Shown here: one piece after another, positions 1 through 8,833 of the stretch | Position numbering within the stretch: position 1 is the first letter of the stretch | How the letters are laid out: every line of letters starts with the position of its first letter | DNA from: Escherichia coli | Lineage (GTDB): Bacteria > Pseudomonadota > Gammaproteobacteria > Enterobacterales > Enterobacteriaceae | Assembly (NCBI RefSeq): GCF_030384885.1 | Contig: NZ_CP128613.1 | Strand: one strand, 5' to 3' | DNA length: 64,000 nucleotides | The notes under the pieces: model-generated | Told to the model about the DNA's origin: nothing | The model's input: only the letters and a program-made list of their open reading frames with translations | Databases searched by the model: none | Position numbers and translations under genes: made by a program

Positions 1-289
1 GCAGCACTGAGTCTACCATGGACATTACACGTTCAACTTCACCACCGAAGTCGGCGTGCCCCGGGGTATCAACGATGTTGATACGGTAATCATTCCATTT
101 GATAGCGGTGTTTTTCGCGAGGATGGTAATCCCACGCTCTTTCTCCAAATCGTTGGAGTCCATCACGCGCTCTTGGGTTTCGGCACGAGAGTCGAACGTA
201 CCAGATTGTTGGAGCAGCTTGTCTACCAGGGTGGTTTTACCATGGTCTACGTGCGCGATGATGGCGATATTACGCAATTTTTCGATCAC
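1..289 (-). CDS. typA: GTP-binding protein TypA/BipA, N-terminal portion only (gene continues beyond window start)
   Basis: Reverse complement of 1-289 translates to a translational-GTPase N-terminus ([16 protein letters not shown]... G1 motif, [15 protein letters not shown]3 motif); initiation appears to be GTG at 287-289. The + strand track ORF 56..337 is the antisense frame of this gene. Confidence 0.85.
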   Translation of the reverse strand, partial: MIEKLRNIAIIAHVDHGKTTLVDKLLQQSGTFDSRAETQERVMDSNDLEKERGITILAKNTAIKWNDYRINIVDTPGHADFGGEVERVMSMVDSVL

Positions 290-440
290 AACTTTGCCTC
301 AGGCATTAGAAATAGCGCGTTATTGTACACGGATTAATCGCACTACAAAACAGGATCACAAACATCCTCCGCAAACAAGTATTGCAGAGTCCCTTTGTGA
401 TCGCTTTCACGGAGCATAAAAAGGGTTATCCAAAGGTCAT

Positions 441-523
441 TGCACCAATATGGTGCTTAATGTTTCCATTGAAGCACTATATTGGTGCAACATTCACATC
501 ATGGTGCAGCCCTTTTGCACGAT
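441..523. promoter_or_regulatory. NtrC (NRI) enhancer-like binding sites upstream of glnA
   Basis: TGCACCAATATGGTGCT at 441-457 and GCACTATATTGGTGCAA at 473-489 fit the dyad TGCACCA-N3-TGGTGCA; a weaker copy lies at about 501-523. Position upstream of the glnA sigma-54 promoter matches the known architecture. Confidence 0.7.
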
Positions 524-562
524 GTTAAGCATGATAACGCCTTTTAGGGGCAATTTAAAAGT

Positions 563-578
563 TGGCACAGTTTTCGCT
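563..578 (+). promoter_or_regulatory. sigma-54 promoter (glnAp2-like), -24 GG / -12 GC
   Basis: TGGCACAGTTTTCGCT: GG at 564-565 and GC at 576-577 with the canonical 12-nt register, about 85 bp upstream of the glnA ATG. Confidence 0.75.
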
Positions 579-661
579 TTATCTTTTTTACGGCGACACG
601 GCCAAAATAATTGCAGATTTCGTTACCACGACGACCATGACCAATCCAGGAGAGTTAAAGT

Positions 662-2071
662 ATGTCCGCTGAACACGTACTGACGATGCTGAACGAGCAC
701 GAAGTGAAGTTTGTTGATTTGCGCTTCACCGATACCAAAGGTAAAGAACAGCACGTCACTATCCCTGCTCATCAGGTGAATGCTGAATTCTTCGAAGAAG
801 GCAAAATGTTTGACGGCTCCTCGATTGGCGGCTGGAAAGGCATTAACGAATCCGACATGGTGCTGATGCCAGACGCATCCACCGCAGTGATTGACCCGTT
901 CTTCGCCGATTCTACCCTGATTATCCGTTGCGATATCCTTGAACCAGGCACCCTGCAAGGCTATGACCGTGACCCGCGTTCCATCGCGAAGCGCGCTGAA
1001 GATTACCTGCGTTCTACTGGCATTGCCGACACCGTACTGTTCGGGCCAGAACCTGAATTCTTCCTGTTCGATGACATCCGTTTCGGATCTTCTATCTCCG
1101 GTTCCCACGTTGCTATCGACGATATCGAAGGCGCATGGAACTCCTCCACCCAATACGAAGGTGGTAACAAAGGTCACCGTCCGGCAGTGAAAGGCGGTTA
1201 CTTCCCGGTGCCACCAGTAGACTCTGCTCAGGATATTCGTTCTGAAATGTGTCTGGTGATGGAACAGATGGGTCTGGTGGTTGAAGCCCATCACCACGAA
1301 GTAGCGACTGCTGGTCAGAACGAAGTGGCTACCCGCTTCAATACCATGACCAAAAAAGCTGACGAAATTCAGATCTACAAATATGTTGTGCACAACGTGG
1401 CGCACCGCTTCGGTAAAACCGCGACCTTTATGCCAAAACCGATGTTCGGTGATAACGGCTCCGGTATGCACTGCCACATGTCGCTGTCTAAAAACGGCGT
1501 TAACCTGTTCGCAGGCGACAAATACGCAGGTCTGTCTGAGCAGGCGCTGTACTACATTGGCGGCGTAATCAAACACGCTAAAGCGATTAACGCCCTGGCA
1601 AACCCGACCACCAACTCTTATAAGCGTCTGGTCCCGGGCTACGAAGCACCGGTAATGCTGGCTTACTCTGCACGCAACCGTTCTGCGTCTATCCGTATTC
1701 CGGTGGTTTCTTCTCCGAAAGCACGTCGTATCGAAGTCCGTTTCCCGGACCCAGCGGCTAACCCGTACCTGTGCTTTGCTGCCCTGCTGATGGCCGGTCT
1801 TGATGGCATCAAGAACAAGATCCACCCAGGCGAAGCCATGGACAAAAACCTGTATGACCTGCCGCCAGAAGAAGCGAAAGAGATCCCACAGGTTGCAGGC
1901 TCTCTGGAAGAAGCACTGAACGAACTGGATCTGGACCGCGAGTTCCTGAAAGCCGGTGGCGTGTTCACTGACGAAGCCATTGATGCGTACATCGCTCTGC
2001 GTCGCGAAGAAAATGACCGCGTGCGTATGACTCCGCATCCGGTAGAGTTTGAGCTGTACTACAGCGTCTAA
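662..2071 (+). CDS. glnA: glutamine synthetase (type I)
   Basis: 469-aa ORF with SD GGAGAG upstream; sequence recognised as GlnA ([31 protein letters not shown]...). Confidence 0.98.
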   Translation: MSAEHVLTMLNEHEVKFVDLRFTDTKGKEQHVTIPAHQVNAEFFEEGKMFDGSSIGGWKGINESDMVLMPDASTAVIDPFFADSTLIIRCDILEPGTLQGYDRDPRSIAKRAEDYLRSTGIADTVLFGPEPEFFLFDDIRFGSSISGSHVAIDDIEGAWNSSTQYEGGNKGHRPAVKGGYFPVPPVDSAQDIRSEMCLVMEQMGLVVEAHHHEVATAGQNEVATRFNTMTKKADEIQIYKYVVHNVAHRFGKTATFMPKPMFGDNGSGMHCHMSLSKNGVNLFAGDKYAGLSEQALYYIGGVIKHAKAINALANPTTNSYKRLVPGYEAPVMLAYSARNRSASIRIPVVSSPKARRIEVRFPDPAANPYLCFAALLMAGLDGIKNKIHPGEAMDKNLYDLPPEEAKEIPQVAGSLEEALNELDLDREFLKAGGVFTDEAIDAYIALRREENDRVRMTPHPVEFELYYSV

Positions 2072-2131
2072 TAGTTGAAGTTGTACTACCCGGTGCAAAG
2101 AAGGCCGGGATTTAGTTGCCGTGGAAACTTT

Positions 2132-2158
2132 CAGCCCATCTCTGCATGGGCTTTTTTC
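2132..2158 (+). terminator. rho-independent terminator downstream of glnA
   Basis: Stem GCCCAT (2134-2139) / ATGGGC (2146-2151) followed by a T-run (cttttttct). Confidence 0.6.
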
Positions 2159-2245
2159 TCCGTAACTTCTTTGATGCTTCGCGCTTTTTATCCGTAAAAA
2201 GCTATAATGCACTAAAATGGTGCAACCTGTTCAGGAGACTGCTTT

Positions 2246-3295
2246 ATGGCAACAGGCACGCAGCCCGATGCTGGGCAGATCCTCAACTCGCTGATTAACA
2301 GTATTTTGTTAATCGATGACAACCTGGCGATCCATTACGCCAACCCCGCCGCGCAACAACTGCTCGCCCAAAGCTCCCGCAAATTGTTTGGTACACCGTT
2401 ACCGGAACTGTTGAGCTACTTCTCATTAAATATCGAGCTGATGCAAGAAAGTCTGGAGGCGGGGCAAGGTTTTACCGATAACGAAGTGACGCTGGTCATC
2501 GACGGGCGCTCGCATATCCTTTCTGTGACGGCCCAGCGTATGCCGGACGGCATGATCCTGCTGGAGATGGCACCGATGGATAACCAGCGCCGCTTAAGTC
2601 AGGAACAGCTACAGCACGCCCAGCAGGTTGCTGCCCGTGATTTAGTGCGCGGCCTGGCACATGAGATTAAAAATCCGCTTGGCGGTTTACGTGGTGCAGC
2701 GCAGCTGCTCAGCAAAGCATTACCTGACCCGTCACTGCTGGAATATACCAAAGTGATTATTGAACAGGCGGATCGGCTGCGAAATCTGGTCGACCGTCTG
2801 TTGGGGCCGCAACTGCCCGGTACGCGCGTTACCGAAAGTATTCACAAAGTGGCTGAACGCGTGGTGACGCTGGTGTCGATGGAACTGCCGGACAACGTGC
2901 GGTTGATTCGTGATTACGACCCCAGCCTGCCGGAACTGGCGCACGATCCGGATCAAATTGAACAGGTATTGCTGAATATTGTGCGCAATGCGCTACAGGC
3001 GCTGGGGCCGGAAGGTGGTGAAATCATTCTGCGTACCCGCACCGCGTTTCAACTGACCTTACACGGCGAGCGCTATCGGCTGGCGGCGCGGATTGATGTG
3101 GAAGATAACGGGCCAGGCATTCCGCCTCATTTGCAGGATACGCTGTTTTACCCGATGGTCAGCGGCCGCGAAGGTGGCACCGGGCTTGGCTTATCCATCG
3201 CCCGTAATTTGATTGATCAGCATTCAGGCAAAATTGAATTTACCAGTTGGCCAGGTCATACCGAGTTCTCGGTTTACCTGCCTATCAGGAAATAA
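2246..3295 (+). CDS. glnL: nitrogen regulation sensor histidine kinase NtrB (NRII)
   Basis: 349-aa ORF with the histidine kinase H-box ([11 protein letters not shown]) and an ATP-binding G-box; sits between glnA and glnG. Confidence 0.97.
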
Positions 3296-3306
3296 AGGTG
3301 ACGTTT

Positions 3307-4716
3307 ATGCAACGAGGGATAGTCTGGGTAGTCGATGACGATAGTTCCATCCGTTGGGTGCTTGAACGTGCGCTCGCTGGAGCGGGTTTAACCTGTACGA
3401 CATTTGAGAACGGCGCGGAAGTACTGGAGGCGCTGGCGAGCAAAACGCCGGATGTGCTGCTTTCAGATATCCGTATGCCGGGAATGGACGGGCTTGCGCT
3501 GCTCAAGCAGATTAAACAGCGCCATCCGATGCTTCCGGTCATCATTATGACCGCACATTCCGATCTGGATGCTGCCGTCAGCGCCTATCAACAAGGGGCG
3601 TTTGATTATCTGCCCAAACCATTTGATATCGACGAAGCCGTGGCGCTGGTTGAGCGCGCCATCAGCCATTATCAGGAACAGCAGCAACCGCGTAATGTTC
3701 AGCTTAACGGCCCGACGACCGATATCATCGGCGAAGCGCCAGCCATGCAGGACGTGTTCCGGATTATCGGTCGGCTTTCACGTTCTTCTATTAGCGTGCT
3801 GATTAACGGCGAATCCGGCACCGGTAAAGAACTGGTCGCTCATGCCCTGCATCGCCACAGTCCTCGAGCCAAAGCGCCGTTTATCGCGCTGAATATGGCG
3901 GCTATCCCGAAGGATTTGATCGAATCAGAACTGTTCGGTCACGAGAAAGGCGCGTTTACCGGCGCGAATACTATTCGTCAGGGGCGTTTTGAACAGGCCG
4001 ATGGCGGCACGTTATTCCTCGATGAAATTGGCGATATGCCGCTCGATGTACAGACGCGTTTGCTGCGCGTGCTGGCAGACGGTCAGTTTTATCGCGTTGG
4101 CGGCTATGCGCCGGTGAAAGTGGATGTGCGGATTATCGCTGCGACCCATCAGAATCTCGAACAGCGGGTACAGGAAGGCAAGTTCCGTGAGGATTTGTTC
4201 CACCGCCTGAACGTTATCCGCGTTCATCTGCCGCCATTGCGCGAGCGTCGGGAAGATATTCCCCGCCTGGCGCGCCATTTCCTGCAGGTTGCCGCGCGCG
4301 AACTGGGCGTAGAAGCGAAGTTGCTGCATCCGGAAACCGAAGCCGCGCTGACGCGTCTGGCGTGGCCGGGTAACGTACGCCAGCTGGAAAACACCTGTCG
4401 CTGGCTAACGGTGATGGCCGCCGGGCAGGAAGTGTTGATTCAGGATTTGCCTGGCGAACTGTTTGAATCAACCGTAGCGGAAAGCCCTTCGCAATTACAG
4501 CCGGACAGTTGGGCAACGCTGTTAGCGCAGTGGGCAGACAGAGCGCTGCGTTCCGGTCATCAAAACCTGCTTTCCGAAGCGCAGCCTGAGCTTGAGCGGA
4601 CGTTACTGACGACCGCGTTGCGACATACGCAGGGGCATAAACAGGAAGCGGCGCGGCTGCTTGGCTGGGGTCGCAACACACTGACACGTAAGTTAAAAGA
4701 GCTGGGGATGGAGTGA
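3307..4716 (+). CDS. glnG: nitrogen regulation response regulator NtrC (sigma-54 activator)
   Basis: Receiver domain ([18 protein letters not shown]), AAA+ sigma-54 activation domain ([14 protein letters not shown] motif) and C-terminal HTH; start taken at ATG 3307 ([11 protein letters not shown]) rather than the longer track ORF. Confidence 0.97.
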   Translation: MQRGIVWVVDDDSSIRWVLERALAGAGLTCTTFENGAEVLEALASKTPDVLLSDIRMPGMDGLALLKQIKQRHPMLPVIIMTAHSDLDAAVSAYQQGAFDYLPKPFDIDEAVALVERAISHYQEQQQPRNVQLNGPTTDIIGEAPAMQDVFRIIGRLSRSSISVLINGESGTGKELVAHALHRHSPRAKAPFIALNMAAIPKDLIESELFGHEKGAFTGANTIRQGRFEQADGGTLFLDEIGDMPLDVQTRLLRVLADGQFYRVGGYAPVKVDVRIIAATHQNLEQRVQEGKFREDLFHRLNVIRVHLPPLRERREDIPRLARHFLQVAARELGVEAKLLHPETEAALTRLAWPGNVRQLENTCRWLTVMAAGQEVLIQDLPGELFESTVAESPSQLQPDSWATLLAQWADRALRSGHQNLLSEAQPELERTLLTTALRHTQGHKQEAARLLGWGRNTLTRKLKELGME

Positions 4717-4827
4717 TTCACGGCTTGTGTGTAAAGATTGATTATTGAGCGCAAATTGCTGGTATTTTGCGCTTTACTGTTCCGATAAGTTCAGTATGAT
4801 CTTGCCCGGAAAACGGGGAGAGTCATT

Positions 4828-4938
4828 ATGCTGGAATCAATAATTAATCTGGTATCGAGTGGCGCAGTTGACAGCCACACACCGCAAACTGCCGTTGCTG
4901 CCGTGCTGTGTGCTGCGATGATTGGGCTGTTTAGCTGA
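4828..4938 (+). CDS. yshB: small protein YshB-like (36 aa)
   Basis: Short ORF MLESIINLVSSGAVDSHTPQTAVAAVLCAAMIGLFS preceded by GGGGAGAG; matches my recollection of the annotated small protein between glnG and hemN. Not in the ORF track because it is below the length cutoff. Confidence 0.55.
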   Translation: MLESIINLVSSGAVDSHTPQTAVAAVLCAAMIGLFS

Positions 4939-4939
4939 A

Positions 4940-5060
4940 GCTCGTTGTTTATGCCGGATGCGGAGAAAGTCGTAGGCCTGATAAGACGCGACCAGCGTCG
5001 CATCAGGCATCATGCTCAGATGCCGGATGCAGCGTAAACGCCTTATCCGGCCTACAAAAG
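4940..5060. repeat. REP/BIME-type palindromic repeat cluster
   Basis: Repeated GCCGGATGCGG...CGCCTTATCCGGCCTAC and GCCTGATAAGACGCG...CGCATCAGGC units typical of enterobacterial REP elements. Confidence 0.6.
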
Positions 5061-5166
5061 CAATAATTTCAACAGGTTTTCTTAACCAGCGCATCAGGCA
5101 ATCTTGTTCTCAGCACATTGATGGCGCTTTCGTTTTCTACTTTGTAAACGAAGCGCCATTCACCAT

Positions 5167-6540
5167 TTAAATCACCCGTGAGAACTGCTGCATCCGCGCT
5201 TTCTGGCGCAGATAGGTATCAAAGCACATGCAAATGTTGCGGATCAGCAGGCGACCTTTCGCCGTTACCTGAATCCCCTTCTCATCCACATCCACCAGCC
5301 CATCTTTTGCTAACGGGGCAAGCAGCTTGAGATCTTCTGCAAAGTAATCAGCGAAGTGCAAATCCCACTGTTGCTCAATGGGGGCGTAATCCAGACGGAA
5401 GTTGCAGATGAGCGACTTAATCACATCGCGGCGAATACAGTCATCACGCGTTAGCGCAATACCACGCCACAGCGCATTGCCTTGTTCATCCACTTGCTGA
5501 TAGTACTGCTTCAACTCTTTCTGGTTCTGCGCGTAGCAGTCGCCAATCATGCTGATGGCGGAAACGCCCATCCCCAGCAGATCGGTATCGCCCTGAGTGG
5601 TGTAGCCCTGGAAGTTACGATGCAGCACGCCTTCACGCTGGGCCACCGCCAGCTCGTCATCCGGGCGAGCAAAGTGATCCATACCGATAAACTGATAGCC
5701 CGATTGTGTCAGGAAGGCGATGGTTTCCTGCAGGATATCGAGTTTTTGCTGCGGACTCGGCAGGTCAGCATCTTTGATTTTACGCTGAGCAGCAAAAATG
5801 GTCGGCAAATGCGCGTAGTTAAAGACACTCAGGCGATCGGGGTTAAGTTCCGCCACGCGTTTCAGGGTAAAGGCGAAACTCTCCGGCGTCTGTTTCGGCA
5901 GGCCGTAAATCAGGTCGATGTTGGTGGAGGTAAAGCCAATCTCACGCGCATGGTTAAGCAGTGCAAAGATGAAATCTTCATCCTGCTCGCGGTTAACCAG
6001 ACGTTGCACTTCTTTGTTGAAGTCCTGCACGCCCATGCTCAGGCGATTAAAGCCTTCGGCGCGTAAATGATCGAGTACATCCAGTTCGATTTCCCGCGGA
6101 TCGACTTCGATCGAAATCTCCGCATCGGCATTGAACTGGAAGTTTTCGCGCAGCAACTTCATCAGTCGGCTGATTTGCGCTTTGTTCAGATACGTCGGCG
6201 TACCTCCGCCCCAGTGCAATTGGCTGATGTGACGCCCGGCGAACAGCGGTGCACGATGGACGATTTCTTGCTCCAGTGCGTCCAGATACTGATCGGCCTT
6301 GTGCTGCTGGCGAGTCACTATCTTATTGCAACCGCAGAAGTAACAAAGCTTATGGCAGAACGGAATATGTACGTAGAGAGATAATGGACGCTCAGGATAG
6401 CGCGCCACGGCTTGTAAAAACGCCTGTTCGCCGAAGTCTTCTGAAAACTCCAGCGCGGTCGGGTACGAGGTGTATCGTGGCCCGGAATAGTTATATTTCT
6501 GGATCAGGGCCAGATCCCAGTCGATTTGCTGTACAGACAT
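5167..6540 (-). CDS. hemN: oxygen-independent coproporphyrinogen III oxidase (radical SAM)
   Basis: ORF with radical-SAM CxxxCxxC motif (CHKLCYFCGC); start taken at the ATG giving MSVQQIDWDLA. Confidence 0.95.
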   Translation of the reverse strand: MSVQQIDWDLALIQKYNYSGPRYTSYPTALEFSEDFGEQAFLQAVARYPERPLSLYVHIPFCHKLCYFCGCNKIVTRQQHKADQYLDALEQEIVHRAPLFAGRHISQLHWGGGTPTYLNKAQISRLMKLLRENFQFNADAEISIEVDPREIELDVLDHLRAEGFNRLSMGVQDFNKEVQRLVNREQDEDFIFALLNHAREIGFTSTNIDLIYGLPKQTPESFAFTLKRVAELNPDRLSVFNYAHLPTIFAAQRKIKDADLPSPQQKLDILQETIAFLTQSGYQFIGMDHFARPDDELAVAQREGVLHRNFQGYTTQGDTDLLGMGVSAISMIGDCYAQNQKELKQYYQQVDEQGNALWRGIALTRDDCIRRDVIKSLICNFRLDYAPIEQQWDLHFADYFAEDLKLLAPLAKDGLVDVDEKGIQVTAKGRLLIRNICMCFDTYLRQKARMQQFSRVI

Positions 6541-6728
6541 GCTCACTCCTTCCGATGGCGTCTCTGGCGGCTACGGCGTACCGGCGGATGCCCGTTTCGG
6601 GTCATCAGCCGGTTGCGCAGCCACTTTTGTCGCCGCGACAACCGCTGTAGTTTAACGAATAACCACACCAGATAACATATAACCGGAAGGGTTATCAGCA
6701 GAACGGGAAGGCCCACGGCGGCAATCCG

Positions 6729-7238
6729 TTAGTTGCCCCGCAGCAGACGCATCATGTCTTCTTGCTTCTCGTCTTCTTCCTCTTCTTCGTCATCGTCATA
6801 AGAGAGGCCGAGTTTCTGCATCAACTCATCAATACGATCCAGTTTGGCATCCACCCAGGATTGCTCTTCGGCGCTCAGGGTTTCGCCTGCCTCCAGACGT
6901 TCCAGCAGCGCATCCAGACGCTCATCCGTTTCCAGTAACTCCAACTCCGCCTGCGGTGAAAGCATAGGTTTCTCACTCTTCGGTTTGTGCTGTTTGGTGA
7001 CTTTTTCAGTCACGCCCAATGGAATAGGGGTTTTACTGCCAATACGTGGATCTTTCGGTGCGTTCTGGCCTTTGCTGCCTGACGTGGTGTTACCGCCCGC
7101 TGCGCGGCTGCCCGGCGCATGACCACGACGTTTTTTCTGACGCTTACGGTCACGAGCTTCCTGATCCAGCTCCTCGCGTGTTTTTCGACGCGCTTTTGCA
7201 TGACCTTTGCTGCGTGAGTTTGAAGATGATGGTTTCAT
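6729..7238 (-). CDS. yihI: Der GTPase-activating protein YihI
   Basis: 169-aa basic/acidic low-complexity protein ([19 protein letters not shown]...[12 protein letters not shown]); start chosen at MKPSSS inside the longer track ORF. Confidence 0.9.
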   Translation of the reverse strand: MKPSSSNSRSKGHAKARRKTREELDQEARDRKRQKKRRGHAPGSRAAGGNTTSGSKGQNAPKDPRIGSKTPIPLGVTEKVTKQHKPKSEKPMLSPQAELELLETDERLDALLERLEAGETLSAEEQSWVDAKLDRIDELMQKLGLSYDDDEEEEEDEKQEDMMRLLRGN

Positions 7239-7305
7239 AATGGTTCGTCTTTTAGCCGTTTTATTCAGTATAGATTTGCGGCGGAATCTAACAGAAAGCA
7301 AGCAA

Positions 7306-7549
7306 AGAAAAAAGGCGACAGATTACTCTGTCGCCTTTTTTCCTGACTCATAACCCTTAACGGGTCTTACAATCCTTGCAGGCCGCCAACACACCCTGTT
7401 TTTCCATTAGCCGGAACAATCCGTGTTGATTCCATTTCCGTTTAATTACGTCTCCGGACGTTTGTCTTCCTGACAATCCTCTGTCTTCGCCTCCTGGCGC
7501 TCCTGACCCTCATCCTGAGTCATTGTTCCTGTTAGCGTCCTCGCTCTAT
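7306..7549 (-). ncRNA. csrC: CsrC small RNA (CsrA-sequestering)
   Basis: Minus-strand sequence begins ATAGAGCGAGGACGCTAACAGGAACAATGACTCAGGATGAGGGTCAGGAGCGCCAGGAGG and carries many GGA/AGGA motifs; ends in a hairpin (AGGCGACAG / CTGTCGCCT, 7313-7336) plus U-run. Lies in the yihI-engB intergenic region. Confidence 0.8.
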
Positions 7550-7819
7550 GGGTGCTACTTTACGCCTTTGCTTTAAACAAACAATCAACCGCCATCAGTA
7601 TTTGCACATTTTCAGAGTTTTATATAAAAGCAATTAACTGATTTATATAGCTTATTTGACATGCATCGCAGAATTTTCTCTGCTATTTCGCATAAAGACT
7701 ATCGGCAATGTCTCACAAAGCGTATGGCTTTTACTTACAACGCTCACGCCGAAAAATCCGCCTTTTATTATGGTTCAGGTATAATCGCCGCAAAGCTTTG
7801 ACTGACGGAGACGACCGCT

Positions 7820-8452
7820 TTGACTAATTTGAATTATCAACAGACGCATTTTGTGATGAGTGCGCCTGATATTCGCCACCTACCTTCCGATACCGGAATT
7901 GAAGTGGCTTTTGCAGGCCGTTCCAACGCAGGTAAATCCAGCGCGCTGAACACGCTGACTAACCAGAAAAGCCTGGCGCGGACCTCAAAAACCCCAGGGC
8001 GCACCCAGCTTATCAACCTGTTTGAAGTGGCTGACGGCAAGCGTCTGGTTGACCTGCCCGGCTATGGCTACGCGGAAGTCCCGGAAGAGATGAAGCGCAA
8101 ATGGCAACGCGCGCTCGGCGAATACCTCGAAAAACGTCAGAGCCTGCAAGGCCTGGTGGTACTCATGGATATTCGCCATCCGTTGAAAGACCTCGATCAG
8201 CAGATGATTGAGTGGGCGGTAGACAGTAATATCGCCGTACTGGTGCTGCTGACCAAAGCGGACAAACTGGCAAGCGGCGCACGTAAAGCACAATTGAATA
8301 TGGTGCGTGAAGCAGTGCTGGCGTTTAACGGTGATGTGCAGGTTGAAACGTTCTCTTCGCTGAAGAAGCAAGGCGTGGACAAGCTGCGGCAGAAACTGGA
8401 TACCTGGTTTAGCGAGATGCAGCCTGTCGAAGAAACGCAGGACGGCGAATAA
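7820..8452 (+). CDS. engB: ribosome biogenesis GTP-binding protein EngB/YsxC (YihA)
   Basis: 210-aa ORF with P-loop GRSNAGKSS and the typical EngB fold; apparent TTG initiation at 7820 (track translation MTNLNYQQ), with an in-frame ATG alternative slightly downstream. Confidence 0.9.
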
Positions 8453-8459
8453 TTTTCTT

Positions 8460-8570
8460 GCCTTAATGCTTGTGCCGGATGTGGCGTATCCGGCCGGTAA
8501 ATTCAATAGATTACGATTCTACCGTTGGCCTGATAAACATGGCGCATCAGGCATTACAGATCTTTTCTTT
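8460..8570. repeat. REP-like palindromic elements
   Basis: GCCGGATGTGGCGTATCCGGCC and GCCTGATAAACATGGCGCATCAGGC units between engB and spf. Confidence 0.5.
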
Positions 8571-8577
8571 CGCCCAA

Positions 8578-8686
8578 TAAAAAACGCCCCAGTCATTACT
8601 GACTGGGGCGGCTAAAATATTCAGCCAAATCCGATTACGTGAAGTAAAAGGTCTGAAAGATAGAACATCTTACCTCTGTACCCTAC
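8578..8686 (-). ncRNA. spf: Spot 42 small RNA
   Basis: Reverse complement reads GTAGGGTACAGAGGTAAGATGTTCTATCTTTCAGACCTTTTACTTCACG...GCCGCCCCAGTCAGTAATGACTGGGGCGTTTTTTA, the Spot 42 sequence with its terminator hairpin. Confidence 0.9.
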
Positions 8687-8833
8687 GCGACTAACTTTAC
8701 TCTTTTTTGTTCAGTTCAGAAAGCATTTTTTGTAATTTTTTTTCAGTTGTTGCATAGGAATTTCTAATAGCCATCACAAAACGTGACAGCTTATGTTGCT
8801 TACTTACGAAAAAAGGGCATGTTCAGGCGAATC

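Noticed and set aside
56-419. Track ORFs 56..337 and 99..419 on the + strand
   Set aside because: They lie antisense to and upstream of the typA 5' end; the minus strand encodes the recognisable translational-GTPase N-terminus, and the region downstream of 289 is the glnA/typA regulatory interval.
623-2212. 529-aa ORF on the minus strand spanning all of glnA
   Set aside because: Fully antisense to a confidently identified highly expressed gene; its translation is low-complexity and Arg/Val/His-rich, typical of stop-free antisense frames created by codon bias. No independent start signal or family resemblance.
5482-6066. Antisense ORFs within hemN (5482..6066, 6067..6384, 6249..6650)
   Set aside because: Opposite strand of a confidently assigned radical-SAM gene, no SD or recognisable domain.
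7985-8506. 173-aa minus-strand ORF overlapping engB
   Set aside because: Antisense to engB, whose P-loop GTPase identity is clear; no supporting signals.
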